This document shows positions 1-1,694 of a stretch of 1,694 nt of DNA, in pieces. Below the pieces are notes generated by a model. The model had not been told where the DNA came from, searched no databases, and saw only the letters and a program-made list of their open reading frames with translations. Origin of the DNA: Naegleria gruberi (Eukaryota); NCBI GenBank assembly GCA_000004985.1, contig GG739345.1; one strand, given 5' to 3'. Made by a program: the position numbers and the translations under genes. How positions within the stretch are numbered: the stretch's first letter is position 1; the number at the start of each line of letters is the position of its first letter.

Positions 1-1
1 A

Positions 2-181
2 CAGCTGAATGAAGAGGATCATTCTCTGGACGAAACTTTAAAAAGACGAAACTTTTACATGCATGCTCTTCATTGTCAGAGCAGAAGGAAGAATAAACAT
101 CAAAATTATTTTCACCCATGCACATGTTCATTCAATATTAAGAAAGAATTCGTTTTTTTATTGTTTAGTTTTGTTGATTAG
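2..181 (+). CDS. Possible 3' end of a + strand gene running in from the left edge (59 codons, ...QLNEEDHSLDETLKRRNFYMHALHCQSRRKNKHQNYFHPCTCSFNIKKEFVFLLFSFVD*, stop TAG 179..181); product unknown.
   Basis: Frame 2 is the only frame open from the window edge; the other two + frames hit stops within the first 12 nt. Given ~7% stop density expected at this composition, a 59-codon open stretch is modestly unlikely by chance. However, the last ~17 codons lie in T-rich, UTR-like sequence (ttttttattgtttagttttgtt), and the segment is too short to assess codon bias, so this remains weak. Confidence 0.3.
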   Translation, partial: QLNEEDHSLDETLKRRNFYMHALHCQSRRKNKHQNYFHPCTCSFNIKKEFVFLLFSFVD

Positions 182-499
182 AATAAGGTTATTGAATTGC
201 CTACAGTGATATCTCTGCACATAATTTGTAATTGACTTGAATATGAAAACTCCCAACTATTCAAATTTAAAATTCCTTAGAGATACTCTATGAATCCACT
301 CGAAGCATATTTGCTATTGGACATGTTGTGATGGTTTTAACGAATGCAGTTACACGGTGATCATCTCAAGTATCTCTCCACAATATTTACCAAGTGAATC
401 CTCCACTACTCTTCACAACCATATCTTTCAATTCTCTGTAACAATGCATAGATGGAACGTTGATTGAGTGACTGTGTGGAAACAAAGTAATAATAAGAA

Positions 500-519
500 A
501 TATCTGATATCTCAGATAT
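500..519. other. Perfect inverted repeat / hairpin: 8-bp stem (ATATCTGA / TCAGATAT) with a 4-nt loop (TATC); function unknown
   Basis: Positions 500-507 pair base-for-base with 519-512 with no mismatches. It lies in ORF-free intergenic DNA, about 25 nt upstream of a GTGATGA (C-box-like) heptamer. Confidence 0.5.
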
Positions 520-924
520 GTTGCTATTTCTAGTTTATAATGAGTGATGAGACAAAAGATGTCAATGCCATACGGTTTACCAAATCTAAACTTTGAGACC
601 TTAATAGTTTCGAATAATACTACGACTCCAACCACGATTGTATTTACTCATTCCCCTATTCGATTTGATCTTTGATGAAAAATCGTTTAGGCGAATCTGA
701 TTTTAAATGAATGAAATGTCACTCAATATATTCGAAAAGGCACTGAACTGCTTGCTAATTCATCTTGCCTAGATTATCTCCATGTGCATCATCAGCTAAT
801 GACGCATCTGAAATGAAGGAAAATCCTTTCGTTTAGTTTCTTGTGGTTGATTAGACTAAATGGGGTATTATTTTGGATGCATGACATGTGTCGTAGTATG
901 AGTAGTAGCAGATGTTATTGATAG

Positions 925-975
925 TGGTGATTGTATGCAAAGAAACATGCTCTCTTCTATATTATGAACTAAAGG
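925..975 (-). terminator. Probable 3'-end formation / polyadenylation region of the minus-strand gene
   Basis: Immediately downstream of the TAG stop, the minus strand reads TAATAAAATAAATTAGCCTTTAGTTCATAATATAGAAGAGAGCATG... This contains an AATATA (TATATA-like efficiency element) and A-rich AAGAGA/AATAAA-like positioning elements, as seen in yeast 3' UTRs. No experimental support. Confidence 0.3.
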
Positions 976-1671
976 CTAATTTATTTTATTACTAAACCAT
1001 GAATCAAAGTCTTCTTCTTCTTCATTATTAGATTGAGCAGTAGTGGATGATGTATTGATAGGCACATTCTTAATGCTTGCATTTGATAGCCTCTTGGTCT
1101 TGTTTGATCCAGTATTCTCGGTCTTTCTGAAGAATTGTGAAATTGTTTGCAACTTTTCAGCCTCTTCCATAATCGATTGTTGTTGTTGAGATTTGGAGGT
1201 ATGATCTTCGAAATTAGGTTGTGGACTTGTAGCTTCTGATGATTGTGGTGAGTTCAAGTCTTCCTCTTCCTTGTAGGATTGTTTTAATTGATTGAAAAGA
1301 TAACTCTGTTGATGTTCTGGAAGTACAACCTTATGAGTTGGTATTTCTTCCTTATTGTGAGGTTCAGTATTTGGTGACTGTACTGAACTTGTATTACTGA
1401 CATCTTCGAAAATTCTATTGTTGGATGTCTTTTCAACACTATATTTTGCATCGTCTTCATCGTCACTGCTATTATTATTACTTGCAAGGATTTGATTTGA
1501 TACAGTGCTTCGGAAATCAAACTTTGGCTGGTGAGTATTTACATTGCTTGGTGCAATATTTTGAGTGGAGTGAGATTGGCTTTCTGGGAATTCTTCACTA
1601 TCAGATGATTCTTCCTTTGGAGAGAGTAAATCTTTCAATTCATTTTGTCTTTCCAAAGTTGAGAAGCTCAT
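976..1671 (-). CDS. Hydrophilic, acidic Ser/Asn/Glu/Gln-rich low-complexity protein (~232 aa from the ATG at 1671..1669; stop TAG at 978..976); product unknown, predicted intrinsically disordered. The frame stays open to the window edge at 1694, so the true N-terminus could lie outside the window.
   Basis: This is the only long ORF in the window (237 codons in the track). The track's first 'M' at 1689..1687 is a GTG codon, which is not a eukaryotic start. The first ATG is at 1671..1669 in an A-rich context (gaaagaaaaccaacaATGagc, A at -3), typical of yeast initiation sites. Codon usage is dominated by AT-rich yeast-type codons (TTG, AGA, CAA, GAA, AAT). No stop occurs in 237 codons of ~35% GC DNA. 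Downstream of the stop on the minus strand are AATATA and AAGAGA-type elements. No second ORF of comparable length occurs on any strand. Confidence 0.8.
   Translation of the reverse strand: MSFSTLERQNELKDLLSPKEESSDSEEFPESQSHSTQNIAPSNVNTHQPKFDFRSTVSNQILASNNNSSDDEDDAKYSVEKTSNNRIFEDVSNTSSVQSPNTEPHNKEEIPTHKVVLPEHQQSYLFNQLKQSYKEEEDLNSPQSSEATSPQPNFEDHTSKSQQQQSIMEEAEKLQTISQFFRKTENTGSNKTKRLSNASIKNVPINTSSTTAQSNNEEEEDFDSWFSNKIN
1010..1023 (-). repeat. Trinucleotide microsatellite (CTT)4 on +, i.e. (GAA)4 in the coding strand, encoding the EEEE run near the C-terminus
   Basis: tcttcttcttcttc is seen directly. In frame it gives the ...NNEEEEDFDSWF segment of the protein. Confidence 0.7.
1177..1188 (-). 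repeat. Trinucleotide microsatellite (TTG)4 on +, i.e. (CAA)4 in the coding strand, encoding the QQQQ run
   Basis: ttgttgttgttg is seen directly and corresponds to the ...SKSQQQQSIM... segment. Confidence 0.7.
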
Positions 1672-1694
1672 TGTTGGTTTTCTTTCCACAAGTG

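Noticed and set aside
387-635. 82-aa minus-strand ORF from the track (MVGVVVLFETIKVSK...)
   Set aside because: Its 'M' is a GTG codon (635..633). The first real ATG is only ~20 codons from the stop, so in a eukaryote it has no usable start. The sequence is hydrophobic and junk-like with no recognisable domain, and it overlaps the hairpin and C-box-like elements. Most likely a chance open frame in intergenic DNA.
545-699. Canonical box C/D snoRNA (C box GTGATGA 545..551 ... D box CTGA 696..699)
   Set aside because: There is no internal D' box, no terminal stem formed by the flanks of the C and D boxes, and the 150-nt spacing is long. It is kept only as a weak note within a finding.
173-855. 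10-bp direct repeat GTTGATTAGA at 173..182 and 846..855
   Set aside because: A single 10-mer match in 1.7 kb of AT-rich sequence is about what chance predicts; there is no flanking similarity that would suggest terminal repeats of an element.
152-995. ARS consensus (WTTTAYRTTTW) replication origin
   Set aside because: The best matches (e.g. ATTTATTTTAT near 978..988, TTTTATTGTTT near 155..165) are 9/11 at most. Such near-matches are common in AT-rich DNA and insufficient to call an origin.
1284-1520. 78-aa minus-strand ORF overlapping the main CDS in another frame
   Set aside because: It is fully embedded in the 232-aa gene in a different frame, and its Ile/Leu/Tyr-rich translation is what a shifted frame of an AT-rich gene gives. 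There is no independent support.
1687-1689. GTG start codon used by the ORF track for the main ORF
   Set aside because: Composition, AT-rich intergenic DNA and the low-complexity protein point to a fungal/eukaryotic origin, where GTG initiation is not expected; the ATG at 1671..1669 in an A-rich context is the better start.
1-1694. tRNA gene, Ty/LTR element, CRISPR or other prokaryotic defence features
   Set aside because: There is no B-box-like GGTTCGANTCC or TCGAACC anywhere. No TGTTG...CAACA-bounded repeat or target-site duplication was recognisable. There are no direct repeats with spacers. The sequence looks eukaryotic (yeast-like), so prokaryotic system models do not apply.

Overview
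The window is AT-rich, its intergenic DNA has no long ORFs, and its main ORF is disordered with a yeast-like ATG context; I infer an ascomycete-yeast-like (fungal/eukaryotic) nuclear locus, not a prokaryotic or defence-system region. The one well-supported feature is a minus-strand gene (976..1671, or to the right edge). It encodes a ~232-aa acidic, Ser/Asn/Glu/Gln-rich, apparently disordered protein with no hydrophobic segments, ending in an acidic cluster plus an aromatic DFDSWF tail. Its reading frame stays open to the right edge of the window. The ORF track's 'M' at 1689 is actually a GTG codon, so the plausible eukaryotic start is the ATG at 1671..1669, which sits in an A-rich context. 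A weaker 59-codon frame on the + strand (2..181) is open from the left edge and ends in TAG, so it may be the 3' end of a convergent neighbour gene. That leaves a roughly 800-bp ORF-free AT-rich interval (182..975). It contains an 8-bp-stem hairpin at 500..519, a snoRNA C-box-like GTGATGA at 545..551 and several CATG-containing palindromes, but I can recognise no tRNA, LTR, rRNA or CRISPR. The 82-aa and 78-aa track ORFs look spurious. I cannot identify the gene family from memory; nothing here can be asserted as a novel system, but the disordered protein's C-terminal motif and the unusually long convergent intergenic region are the things worth a follow-up.
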